The position numbers and the translations under genes are program-made. From contig JAXGYC010000011.1 of assembly GCA_040772485.1 (NCBI GenBank), forward strand, positions 1 to 64,000: a stretch of 64,000 nt of DNA, read 5' to 3'. This DNA is from Sedimentisphaerales bacterium (GTDB lineage Bacteria; Planctomycetota; Phycisphaerae; Sedimentisphaerales; Anaerobacaceae). The notes under the pieces are model-generated. The model saw only the letters and a program-made list of their open reading frames with translations. It was not told the origin of the DNA and did not search any database. Shown piece by piece: positions 1-9,741 of this stretch. Every line of letters starts with the position of its first letter. Position 1 is the first letter of the stretch.

Positions 1-2115
1 ATAGAGATCGAAATCACCCTCTGCCGGGTTCTCCAGCGTCACGTCCATGCCGGTTCCCGCGGCGAGCTGAACCGTCCGCGCCCAAACCCGCCGGTCGGTC
101 AAAGTCGGCCCAAGCTCCCCGCTGGTCGAGGTTCCGGGGGTATACGTCAGGCTGGCCGCCTCCACCGCCGCATCCGCATTGACCAGTCCGTACCCCTCAT
201 AGCGATCCTTGCCGACGGGAAAACCGTCCGGCCCGCGAGAGGCACGCTGGAGCGTGGGATTGAACTGCCTGTTCTCGCGACGGGCGTTCGTCTCCGAGGC
301 CGTGGCGCACAGGAGCATCTTCACCAGCCTGGGATGGCGGTCCGAGTTGAAGTCCCACTGAAGCCCCTGGCGTTCCAGGGCTTCGATGACCAGAGCGGCA
401 CAGCCGGCGATGAACGGGCTGGAGAAAGACGTACCCTGTGCGGCCGTGTAGTCGTGGGGTTCACGGTCCGGGCCAAGACCACCATCGGTCGTGCCGGTGT
501 CCACCGACATGACCGCTGTGTAGTAGTACGACCCTCCCGGCGCCACGAGGTCCGGCTTGTAGTCCTCCCCGGTGTACTTGCGGGGATCGCGAAATCCGTA
601 GGTGGTGTACTCCGTAAGGGCGTTGTTGTCGTTGGAGGCTCCGGCGGTGATCGCCAGAGCGGCCCGGGCGGGGTCGCTCATCCCCCGGGCCTCCTCGGAC
701 GACTCGTTGGCGCTGTTGCCGGCCGAGACAACGACGATCACTCCGTTGCGAACGGCCGAGGTGACCTTGTCGCGCAGAGACATGCTCTGGACGGGCAGTC
801 CCCAGGCGTCCACCAGTCCGGCGCTGAAATTGATGACCTTGACGTTCTTCTCCGTGCGGCGGACCACGAGGTCGTCGACGGCGGTATCGAACGCATCCCC
901 ATAGGTCATCCCGTCCTTCATGGCCATCTTGATGGCGGCGAACCGGCAACCCGGGGCTACGCCGCAGAACGTGTTGAACCCGTCGCCCACCGCCGGATAC
1001 GGAGACACCCGACTGACGATAGAGACATTGTAGAGGTAGTCGTCGTCATAGTCCGCCAGGATCGGGGCGAATGTTTGCCCCTCACTGGCGTCGAATGTGT
1101 GGCTCACCGTCAATCCGGAGGTTCCTTCTCCGCCCGTCCCGATCCACTGCGGGCTGTCCAACAGGGTACCTGCGCGCCAATAGATGTGATCCAGCCAGGC
1201 GGACGGCCCATCCCAATAGGCCGCCGATGTCACGGTGACCGGGCCGGCCGGAAGCGAGATCGGCTCGACCACGTGGAGCCAACTGAACGATTCCAGCGAG
1301 TAGGTATAACGAAGATCGAACGTCTCGGCGCCGCCACTGGCGCCTGTACCGAGGGCCACGCCGGCGACGAGGCTGCCGTGCCCGTAGTAGTCGACCGGAT
1401 CGGGCTCATAATCGCCGCTGATGTCACTCCAATATACACACCGCCCGGCGAGGTCCACGTGCGTATCGTCCACGCCGGTATCCACGATGGCGATGGTGGT
1501 GTTCGGATCGCCCTGGAAGCCGGCGACGCCGCCGGCAAATCCCGGTTGCCAGACCGGACGCACCCGGGCAATCTGCGTGGCCAGATCCATGTGAAGGCGG
1601 ATCTCGCAGGTCCTGGGCGTCACCAGAACAAGCGTCGGCCCCATGGCCGAAGGCAGCAGGCTGACACAGTCCAACGGGATGCAACCGTTCCAGCCGTAGG
1701 AGACGGCCTGGAACATGTGAGTGATCTCGCCGCCCAGTTGGCCGAACGCATCGATCTGCTCCTGGGTCACCGGCTCGCTGAAGATCAGCTCGACGTTGAG
1801 GCTCGTCGCGCGCGAAAGCACCCCCAGCGATCGACTCGTCTCGTACAGCGCCGACGGCCCGAAGGTCAGGGCAGCGCTGTCCAGCTCATCGTCGATGTGG
1901 TTGCCGTCCAGGTCATTCGGATAGACGCCGCTGATTACCGGCACGACTGCCGGCGGTGGCGGAGGCGTGAAGAGCGCCCCTGAAACGGCTCCCTGTGCGG
2001 CCGGAGTGGAGAGGACCACACCCGCCAGCAGAAGAAAAACGGCGGTCACGGGCAGCAGGAACGCTGCCTTGTGGACCCTTCCATACAAATCGCGGCGTGA
2101 AGCAGACCAACGCAT
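1..2115 (-). CDS. Secreted S8 (subtilisin-family) serine protease, 3' end outside the window
   Basis: Absent from the ORF track because it runs off the window. Read by hand: ATG at 2115 after AGGAGGAGAG, signal-like N-terminus (MRWSASRR...VFLLLAGVVLSTPAAQG), and the triad motifs IAIVDTGVD, YGHGSLVAG and QGTSFSSPFIAG. Confidence 0.9.
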   Translation of the reverse strand, partial: MRWSASRRDLYGRVHKAAFLLPVTAVFLLLAGVVLSTPAAQGAVSGALFTPPPPPAVVPVISGVYPNDLDGNHIDDELDSAALTFGPSALYETSRSLGVLSRATSLNVELIFSEPVTQEQIDAFGQLGGEITHMFQAVSYGWNGCIPLDCVSLLPSAMGPTLVLVTPRTCEIRLHMDLATQIARVRPVWQPGFAGGVAGFQGDPNTTIAIVDTGVDDTHVDLAGRCVYWSDISGDYEPDPVDYYGHGSLVAGVALGTGASGGAETFDLRYTYSLESFSWLHVVEPISLPAGPVTVTSAAYWDGPSAWLDHIYWRAGTLLDSPQWIGTGGEGTSGLTVSHTFDASEGQTFAPILADYDDDYLYNVSIVSRVSPYPAVGDGFNTFCGVAPGCRFAAIKMAMKDGMTYGDAFDTAVDDLVVRRTEKNVKVINFSAGLVDAWGLPVQSMSLRDKVTSAVRNGVIVVVSAGNSANESSEEARGMSDPARAALAITAGASNDNNALTEYTTYGFRDPRKYTGEDYKPDLVAPGGSYYYTAVMSVDTGTTDGGLGPDREPHDYTAAQGTSFSSPFIAGCAALVIEALERQGLQWDFNSDRHPRLVKMLLCATASETNARRENRQFNPTLQRASRGPDGFPVGKDRYEGYGLVNADAAVEAASLTYTPGTSTSGELGPTLTDRRVWARTVQLAAGTGMDVTLENPAEGDFDLY

Positions 2116-2298
2116 GCTCTCCTCCTATCAGAAGTACAAGCAGTCCTCGGACACATGACCGGGATCGAATCCCGGCGCGCCGGGACTCCCAGACGTTCCC
2201 TATGGCATCTCGAGCGCACGGAGTGTCTCGGGCCGCGCACCTCCGTTGATCCAACCGCCCGCCGCATGCCATCCGACAGCCAACGCGACCTCGATCCT

Positions 2299-2328
2299 AT
2301 AATACACCTTTTCGTCGCCCTGGGTCAA
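2299..2328 (-). promoter_or_regulatory. Putative sigma70-type promoter for the leftward S8 protease
   Basis: TTGACC-N18-TATTAT on the minus strand, about 180 nt upstream of ATG 2115. Confidence 0.5.
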
Positions 2329-2398
2329 CCCAAAACCCGGACGGTACCGCGAATTTGGCTGTTTGACCCCTGAAAGCCCCTGACAGTGCCGCCACGAT

Positions 2399-2427
2399 TT
2401 GACGGACATCGCCGGAATCTGTATAAT
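2399..2427 (+). promoter_or_regulatory. Putative sigma70-type promoter for the rightward S8 protease
   Basis: TTGACG-N17-TATAAT, near consensus, in a divergent intergenic region. Confidence 0.65.
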
Positions 2428-2668
2428 GGTTGCCTGTGGAGTCCTGGTGACATCGGAATCGCGAGGACGCGGAGCGGGGCGTGTGCGTACCCATCCTTGC
2501 GTCACGCGAACGGAAGTGCCCCGTGCGGACCCCGGAGGAGCGGCAAAGTCACAGCCCCCACCGTTGCGAATGACCAGAAGCGGCTGAGCCACTACTGGAC
2601 TGCGGCGGTCCCTGTCGGTGGAGGAATTTGTCGACGTGCAACACCCGACGGAGAGGAGAACAAGGCAA

Positions 2669-5600
2669 ATGAGAGTCCCAACCGGCCGCCAGGAACAAAG
2701 CAAAGATCAAAACGCAGAAATGAGGAAGTCATCCGCCGAGGGCAGATTCCGCTGCTTTGAGATTTGCCTTTTGCTTCTTGCTTCTTGTTTCGCGGCGGCG
2801 CTGAGCCCTGTGCCGGCAATCGCTCAGGAGCAGATCCTCCCGGACTCCGCGCCGGAACAAGACGTGTACGCGCTGCAGCTCGCCGTCCGCAGCCGGGCCC
2901 AGAGAGCTGAGGCGGTGGAGTGGGCCTTGCGTCATCGGGCTCCCATCCGTTGTGACAATGGACGGCGGATATGCGAACTGGTGGCGCTCTGGGACGGACG
3001 GCCCGTGTACTACGTCACGTCCAATCTCAATGCGGCGATCTCCCTTCAGACCGACCGGGTCAGAGACCTCCTGCCCTGGGACTTGGACGGCGAAGGCATC
3101 GCCGTAGGAGTATGGGATGCCGCCGGCGTGCGCAAGACACACCAGGAGTTCCAGGGGCCCGACGGACAGTCCCGTGTAACGGTTCGGGATTCGTTCGTAA
3201 CTTCGGCCCACTCGACTCATGTGGCCGGGACAATCGGCGCCGCCGGTGTCGTCCCCTCGGCCAAGGGCATGGCTCCCGGCGTCCGCGTCGAGTCGTACGA
3301 CTGGAACAACGACGCCTCCCAGATGAACACGCGTGCTGCAAGAGTGCCTGGACAGCCCAACGCGATCTACATATCGAACCACTCGTATGGGATTCTGGTT
3401 GGATGGGAATACCACGCGACCGATTCGCTTTCCGGATACATTGGCTGGCACTGGTGGGGCGCCGCGATGGGTTCGAATGCTGTCGAGGGCTGGTTTGGAC
3501 GTTATAGCAGCATCGCTTCAACCTGGGACCAGACGGCCTACACGAATCCGTATTATCTCGCATTCACATCGGCCGGAAACGATCGATGTGACGGTCCAAA
3601 CGTCGTTGGAGAGACCGTCTATTACCGTTCCGGCGGAGGCTGGCACGATATCGCGTACAGTCCGGACACCTGTCCCCGCGGCGAGGGCCAGGTCAAAGGT
3701 GGCTACGACACCATCTCTTTCTTCGCGGTGGCCAAGAACGTCGTGACCGTGGGCGCCGTACAGGACGCGGTCTCCCGTGGCGTCCGCAGCCTGTCGCACG
3801 CCGCCATGACGGATTTCAGTTGTTGGGGCCCGACGGATGACGGACGCATCAAACCGGACCTCGTCGCAAACGGCGTCGGCGTGTTTTCGACGACGGACGA
3901 GACCGACGATGCCTACGACGGAGGGGACGGCACCAGCATGGCCAGCCCCGTCGCCGCCGGATCGGCAGCCCTGCTGATACAACACTACGAACGGCTCTTC
4001 CCCGGACAGTTCATGCGGGCCAGCACTCTCAAAGGCCTCATTCTCCACACGGCCGACGACTTGGGCCGGCCGGGACCGGACTACGAATTTGGCTGGGGGC
4101 TGATGAATACCAAGGCGGCCGTCGAACTGATCACCAAGCAGCACGATGCAACCCCAGGCGCCACCCTCCTGCAGGGCGTACTCGATCCCGGTCTGAGGAC
4201 CCACTCGTACTACCTCTACAGCCGCGCCGATGAACCGATCCGCGTCACACTCTGCTGGACGGATCCGCCGTGCGCCAGCGCCAATTCCTCGGACGATCCT
4301 TCCTCGCGTTTGATCCACGATCTGGATCTGCGAATCACCGGCCCGAGTGGATCGACCCTGTACTGCCCGTATGTCCTCGATCCACTCGATCCCAGCGCAC
4401 CGGCATGGACGGGCGACAACTCCCGAGACAACGTGGAGCAGGTCTGCATCCTGACGCCGAGTGAGCAAGGCCTGTACAAGATAGAGGTTTCCTACAAAGG
4501 CAGTCTCAGGTACAACGATCAACACTACTCCCTCATATCGAGCCAGCCACTTTTCGCCGGCCGCCCGCCGGAAGTTTGTGATACCACCGCCTTCACGTCG
4601 TCGAGCGATCCTGTGACCATTGCGCTTGCCGGCCAGGATGACGGTCTTCCCGACCCACCTGGGGCACTGACGTTTACAGTGGCCTCCCTGCCCGAGCATG
4701 GCGTCCTGGAGACCGTCCAAGGCGACACGATCACCGAGCCGAGAGCACTGGCCAATCACGGCAACCAAGTCGTGTACCGAGCCGATGCTGGTTTCAGCGG
4801 TGACGATGGGTTCACATACTACGTTGACGACGGGGGGACCAGCCCTTCCGGAGGCCCGTCGGAAACCGCAAGAGTTACCATTACTGTCGCGAATCTGCTC
4901 GGCGCCGAGTACCAGGTCTGCGCATCCAACGATGACGCCTACGGCAGCAGCGGCTATCAACTCGCCTCGGGCAGGTTCCTCTGGCTCGGACAAGACACGA
5001 CGGCTGTCCGGTTCCGGGACGTTGCAGTCCCTCAGGGCAGCACGATCTTCAGCGCTCACCTGAAGTTCTACGCGGAGGCGACTGTCAAGGTCGAAGCCGT
5101 CGTTCGTGCAGAGGCCGCCGGTGATACTCTTGATTTCGCCAAGGGCAATCCCAAGATATGGGAGCGACCGCAAACCGTGGCGGAAACACGCTGGGACTGG
5201 CAGGGAACTGAACCCGATGAGCAGTGGCACACCAGTCCCAACATCGCGCAGGTAGTCCAGGAAGTCGTCTGCCGCCCGGACTGGTCGAGCGGCAACGCCC
5301 TGGTCCTGCTGTACAGCGGCCAGAAGTTCAGCAGTCAGGGCACGCACTTCTGCTCGTGGGACGCCGATCCCACGCAAGCTCCAAGGCTGGAGATCGTCTA
5401 CTCGCCGCCGCTTGACGTGAATCCTGAGTCGCCGCCTTCGCTGCCGGGGCAGTCCCCTCCGACCGTGCAGGACATCGAGATCTACGCGTCTCCAAGCCGC
5501 CCTCTGGTAATCGCGTTTGAAGGACGAGATGACGGATTGCCGATGGCTCCACTCTATACGCTTGCATCGCTGCCGGAGCACGGCCGGCTCAGCGACCGTG

Positions 5601-7396
5601 GCACTCCAATCACCGAGCCGACGACGCTTGCGGACGGGATCGATCGCGTCATCTACACGCCCGATGCAGACTTCGCCGGCGACGACAGCTTCACATTCTA
5701 CGCTGACGATGGAGGCGCCCGCCCACGGGGAGGAACGTCCAACACCGCCACCGTGACGGTCAGGGTCAGACATATGGTCACGCGTCAGTATCAGGTGGTC
5801 GCTGCGGCCGACGATGCGTCAGGAGCCGACGGCAATCCACTGGTCTACTCTGAGACGCTCACCGTCGGCAAGCACGGCAGCGCGATGCGATTCAGAAACG
5901 TCGACATCCCGCCGGGTAGTGAGATCGTCGGCGCCCGCCTGCTGATCTGCATGGACACCGCGGTCATTGGGAAACCGGTTGAGGGTCTGCTCCAGGCCGA
6001 AGCAGTGGCAGACGCCCCGGACTTCACCGGCGGCAATCGCCGTATCTTCGGACTGCTCCCGACGGTCGCGTCGGTCCCATGGACCTGGCAGGTCGGCGAT
6101 GCATGGTCGCGTCTGACGTTCTGCGCAAGTCCTGATATCCGTCAGGTCATTCAGGAGGTCGTTGACCATCCAGGCTGGTTGCAGGGCAATGCCATGGCGA
6201 TTCTCTACTTGCCCGTCGCCTACCACGGGCAGGACCTGGCGTTCTTCGCGTGCGACGAGGCGTCCGGCGACCGCGCCGCCAGGCTCGAAGTCACCTACGC
6301 GCCCAATCCCGATGCCGAACCCTTGCTGCCACTGCTTGGGAATCCTCCCACAGCACGTGACATGGAAGTCGAAGCATCAGTGAACGCACCTTTGACGATC
6401 CGCCTTGACGCAACGGATGACGGGCTCCCCGAGTCGCCGGGTCAGCTAACCTGTCAGATCGTCTCGCTTCCAGAACACGGAACGCTGGAACATCCGGACG
6501 GGACGCACATTGAAAGCCCGACGAGACTCAAAGCCTTTGCCAATCAGGTCGTCTACTCTCCTCATGCGGACTTCGCAGGCACTGACAGCTTCACGTTCAG
6601 CGTGAGCGACGGGGGCACGCCGCCATCCGGCGGGTACTCCGAAACCGCCACAGTGACCATCCGAGTCACTCGCGACTACCCTCCTTATCCTCTCGGCTAC
6701 TGGTCCTTCGACGAGAACCAGGGAGAGATTGCCCACGATTCGGCGGGGAACCGCCACGGCACAATCTCTGGCGCCCAGTGGACCGGCGGCCAGGCCGCTT
6801 CGGCTCTGGTCTTCGACGGCGTGGATGACTACGTGGCGCTGCCAGGGAACGGCGACTATTGGCTTCCGGACAAAGACTTTGCCGTTGCGTTCTGGGCGCG
6901 CTTCCAGCTCGAAGACCCTCCTGAAGACGAAACGGTGCTGGATCTGGACTATGCGCGGTTCAAACAGAAAGGTCGCTATGGGCCTTCTGTGGGCCAGTCG
7001 GGTTGTCGCGTGATGCGACAGTGGGCCAATGAGAAGATCGCGTTCCAGATCGGCACCGTGGATCAGACATGTGGCGATCTGGAGACGACGCAGCCCTTGG
7101 CCGCCGGCGTGTGGGTTCACATCGTCGCTGTCCGAAATGGCAACAGCCAGGAGCTATACGTCAACGGCCAACTGGACAACAAGCGAACGTGTTCATCCAG
7201 CCCCGTCTTCTTCGCGGGCGGACAGAGTGACGGCAGCGTCAGCATCGGCCGATTCACGATGATCCCAGCCAAGTATGAGATCGTGGAAAGCGCCAACCTG
7301 CGAGGAGCAGTGGATGAAGTGATGATCTTCGACCAGGCCCTCCTGCCGGAGGAGATCCGCCGGCTCTACGAGGATGGGGCCGCACTCTGGCCGTAA
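2669..7396 (+). CDS. Large secreted S8 protease with three Ig/cadherin-like repeats, two repeated beta domains and a C-terminal LamG domain
   Basis: Motifs VGVWDA, HSTHVAGTIG, SAGND, IKPDLVANG and GTSMASP; three repeats DDGLP...FT.. DGG..P.GG.S.TA.VT; LamG signature (YWSFDE...ALVFDGVDDYV...W.HIVAVR...G.VDEV.IF). Start placed at ATG 2669 after GAGAGGAG; 2720 is an alternative. Confidence 0.9.
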   Translation: MRVPTGRQEQSKDQNAEMRKSSAEGRFRCFEICLLLLASCFAAALSPVPAIAQEQILPDSAPEQDVYALQLAVRSRAQRAEAVEWALRHRAPIRCDNGRRICELVALWDGRPVYYVTSNLNAAISLQTDRVRDLLPWDLDGEGIAVGVWDAAGVRKTHQEFQGPDGQSRVTVRDSFVTSAHSTHVAGTIGAAGVVPSAKGMAPGVRVESYDWNNDASQMNTRAARVPGQPNAIYISNHSYGILVGWEYHATDSLSGYIGWHWWGAAMGSNAVEGWFGRYSSIASTWDQTAYTNPYYLAFTSAGNDRCDGPNVVGETVYYRSGGGWHDIAYSPDTCPRGEGQVKGGYDTISFFAVAKNVVTVGAVQDAVSRGVRSLSHAAMTDFSCWGPTDDGRIKPDLVANGVGVFSTTDETDDAYDGGDGTSMASPVAAGSAALLIQHYERLFPGQFMRASTLKGLILHTADDLGRPGPDYEFGWGLMNTKAAVELITKQHDATPGATLLQGVLDPGLRTHSYYLYSRADEPIRVTLCWTDPPCASANSSDDPSSRLIHDLDLRITGPSGSTLYCPYVLDPLDPSAPAWTGDNSRDNVEQVCILTPSEQGLYKIEVSYKGSLRYNDQHYSLISSQPLFAGRPPEVCDTTAFTSSSDPVTIALAGQDDGLPDPPGALTFTVASLPEHGVLETVQGDTITEPRALANHGNQVVYRADAGFSGDDGFTYYVDDGGTSPSGGPSETARVTITVANLLGAEYQVCASNDDAYGSSGYQLASGRFLWLGQDTTAVRFRDVAVPQGSTIFSAHLKFYAEATVKVEAVVRAEAAGDTLDFAKGNPKIWERPQTVAETRWDWQGTEPDEQWHTSPNIAQVVQEVVCRPDWSSGNALVLLYSGQKFSSQGTHFCSWDADPTQAPRLEIVYSPPLDVNPESPPSLPGQSPPTVQDIEIYASPSRPLVIAFEGRDDGLPMAPLYTLASLPEHGRLSDRGTPITEPTTLADGIDRVIYTPDADFAGDDSFTFYADDGGARPRGGTSNTATVTVRVRHMVTRQYQVVAAADDASGADGNPLVYSETLTVGKHGSAMRFRNVDIPPGSEIVGARLLICMDTAVIGKPVEGLLQAEAVADAPDFTGGNRRIFGLLPTVASVPWTWQVGDAWSRLTFCASPDIRQVIQEVVDHPGWLQGNAMAILYLPVAYHGQDLAFFACDEASGDRAARLEVTYAPNPDAEPLLPLLGNPPTARDMEVEASVNAPLTIRLDATDDGLPESPGQLTCQIVSLPEHGTLEHPDGTHIESPTRLKAFANQVVYSPHADFAGTDSFTFSVSDGGTPPSGGYSETATVTIRVTRDYPPYPLGYWSFDENQGEIAHDSAGNRHGTISGAQWTGGQAASALVFDGVDDYVALPGNGDYWLPDKDFAVAFWARFQLEDPPEDETVLDLDYARFKQKGRYGPSVGQSGCRVMRQWANEKIAFQIGTVDQTCGDLETTQPLAAGVWVHIVAVRNGNSQELYVNGQLDNKRTCSSSPVFFAGGQSDGSVSIGRFTMIPAKYEIVESANLRGAVDEVMIFDQALLPEEIRRLYEDGAALWP

Positions 7397-7410
7397 CGGC
7401 AGGGCTGATC

Positions 7411-7779
7411 CTATCGATCTGCGACCGTTGATTCCGACAGAGCGGTCTGCCGGTCGGGGTAGAAGGCGAAGATCTTGTCCAGATTGGTGATCCGGAAGAC
7501 GCGATGCAACTGGGGGTCCAAGGCGCAGACCGCCACCTGCCCGCCATGCCGCTTCACGTGGCCCCGGGCCTCCAGCAGCAGCCCTAACACCTGCGAGGAA
7601 AAGAACTTGACGCCGGAAAAGTCGAAGATGATCTCTCGCGGCGGATTCTCCTGAACGTGCCGATTGACGCGGGACGAAGCGTCCATGATCTGCTCGACGT
7701 CGCTGATGCAGCCGCTCGTGAACGAGACGATCGCGACATCACCTTCCCTGTGGATATCTACACTTGCCACGGTCTTCAT
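7411..7779 (-). CDS. STAS-domain protein (anti-sigma factor antagonist family)
   Basis: 122 aa with IIFDFSGVKFFSSQVLGLL and LHRVFRITNLDKIF, typical of SpoIIAA/RsbV-like STAS proteins. Confidence 0.85.
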   Translation of the reverse strand: MKTVASVDIHREGDVAIVSFTSGCISDVEQIMDASSRVNRHVQENPPREIIFDFSGVKFFSSQVLGLLLEARGHVKRHGGQVAVCALDPQLHRVFRITNLDKIFAFYPDRQTALSESTVADR

Positions 7780-7936
7780 GGCTCTCCATTCCTGCCCGGG
7801 TCAACCTCAGCCGTGCATTGTGCCAGACTCCTACCATGATGTCGAGCCTTTTGTTCCCCTCTGGCTCGACGGCGTGATCGATGGTATAAAACCACAGTTG
7901 GATGCCAGAGCTGGTGTCGTGCCGCCACGAGGAACC

Positions 7937-9610
7937 ATGAGAATAGACCGAATCAGGAAGATCGGAAGGGCAAGATCGCAGACGTGCAGGGACATTCTGC
8001 GATTGGCCCGCCTGGACGACCTGCTCAGCCAGGCCGGAGCGGTGATGATGCGCGCCAGTCCCAAGGCCACCCTCTGGACGGCAGGTATCGCCGTGTCCGG
8101 CCGCCTGGCCAGCTATCTGGGTCTGCCCGGCTTCACGCGGATCGAGGCCCTGTTGGCGCCGGTCGTCGTCGGGGGCGGGCTGCTCGCCTTGGGCGCTGCG
8201 ATGCGATATGTCCCCCGTGCCCTGTCCGGACGGCTGGCCACCATCGCCGAAGCCAACGACCTGAATCTCATGGAGGACTACCGCAAATCCGAGGCGCACG
8301 ACCACCTCAACGTCCTTTGGGACAGGGTCTTTCGGCACGAAGCGACGATTCGCTACAGCCCCGCCGAGCAACAGGCGGAACGCGATGCGATCTGCTCCGC
8401 CAGGCAGCGCGTCGAGCAGACGGTTCGCCGTTGGGACCCCTCTCTTCGCAAAACCCTTGGAATCGAATCCGATCGGGACGTGGCCGACGTGGTCGCCGCT
8501 GTGATGAGCGAACGGCCCCTGGGCAACAACCTGGAGAAATCACGCGAAGGCTTCGTTGCCTCGGCGCTCTACGCACTGAGGCACAGCCGGCCTCAGTCGA
8601 GCGAGGCTTACGACATCGGCTTCCACCTGAACCTGTACGAGGACTTCTGCGACGGCGCGTATTTCGACCCGAGCGACACGAAGATCCCTGAGCAATATGC
8701 CGGCAACGTGTCGCTGACCGCCATCAAACGCGAGGCGAAGTTCGGCCGGATCGACAGCCTGCGTCAGGTCCCCCGACTGGCTCTCTCGAAGTTCTGGTTC
8801 TTCCTGATAACGCGCGAGATGGCGATGGAAGCCGGCCGGGCCGTCCTGCTGCTCAACAGCAAGTACGGAACGGAGGCGTTCAATTCCCAGGTCCTGCTCT
8901 GGCCGGGCGAGGAAGACGCCGAATGGCTGGCGGCCTTCGCAGGAGCCAGGGCCGACGTTCTGGCCTTCCGCAAGTCCATCTTCTCTACCGTGCTGGGCAG
9001 GGATTACAGCAATGCGGCCTGCATGCTCGAAAGGGCCTTCCTGCCCTGCTTTGAGTTCGCCACCGAGTTGCGAATCCGATACGATCCGGAGTACTGCGAC
9101 GGGACTCTCGACTATCCCAACGACGCCGGCCGAGACGTCGCCGACAGCCTGGTCGGCGACCTGCAGGCGCTCGGGTACGGCGAGAAGGAGGTGGTCCGCG
9201 CGCAAGCCCACGCAGACAGGATCAAACGCGAGCAGACCGCCTTCGTCGAGTACCTCTCGGCGCGACCCCGAGGCCTGTCGGAAGAGATTCTGTCGGACGG
9301 GCCGGCCCTGCGTGCGGCGAAGATCGCCTTTCACATCGACAAGAACGGCCTCAAGAAGACGTTTCAGGCGACGGATGTGCCGGGACGCGAGGCCCTGATC
9401 GACCGGCAGATCGAGCAGGCGGTCGCCCAGAAGGCGCCCTGTAGCGAGCGTCTCGTGGCCCTCCGACTGCACCATCAATTGACTCTGCTGCAACTGGACG
9501 GCTACAAAACGCTCGCCCGCCGGCTGGCCTACGAGCCGGACTCGAAGGCCCCGACTTGCGGCCCGCAAGGGCCTTTCTCAGCCCCGCAGGGGACCAGCCA
9601 GCCTGCCTGA
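7937..9610 (+). CDS. Hypothetical protein with N-terminal hydrophobic segments
   Basis: Long ORF with coding-like composition. Start moved to ATG 7937 (GAGGAACC-ATG) to avoid overlapping the STAS gene. No family recognised. Confidence 0.7.
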   Translation: MRIDRIRKIGRARSQTCRDILRLARLDDLLSQAGAVMMRASPKATLWTAGIAVSGRLASYLGLPGFTRIEALLAPVVVGGGLLALGAAMRYVPRALSGRLATIAEANDLNLMEDYRKSEAHDHLNVLWDRVFRHEATIRYSPAEQQAERDAICSARQRVEQTVRRWDPSLRKTLGIESDRDVADVVAAVMSERPLGNNLEKSREGFVASALYALRHSRPQSSEAYDIGFHLNLYEDFCDGAYFDPSDTKIPEQYAGNVSLTAIKREAKFGRIDSLRQVPRLALSKFWFFLITREMAMEAGRAVLLLNSKYGTEAFNSQVLLWPGEEDAEWLAAFAGARADVLAFRKSIFSTVLGRDYSNAACMLERAFLPCFEFATELRIRYDPEYCDGTLDYPNDAGRDVADSLVGDLQALGYGEKEVVRAQAHADRIKREQTAFVEYLSARPRGLSEEILSDGPALRAAKIAFHIDKNGLKKTFQATDVPGREALIDRQIEQAVAQKAPCSERLVALRLHHQLTLLQLDGYKTLARRLAYEPDSKAPTCGPQGPFSAPQGTSQPA

Positions 9611-9741
9611 CAGAAAACGATAGCCGCGAGCCGGAGATCGCGTCCGCGGACCGTTGAAGTGAAGCCCTCGATCGGGTATCATGAACGCGGTAGCATGCGG
9701 GGCAGTGCGTCCGTCTACTGCACATATGGAAAGGGTGTCAA

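Noticed and set aside
334..1983. 549-aa plus-strand ORF
   Set aside because: Antisense shadow of the minus-strand S8 protease, which carries all three catalytic motifs
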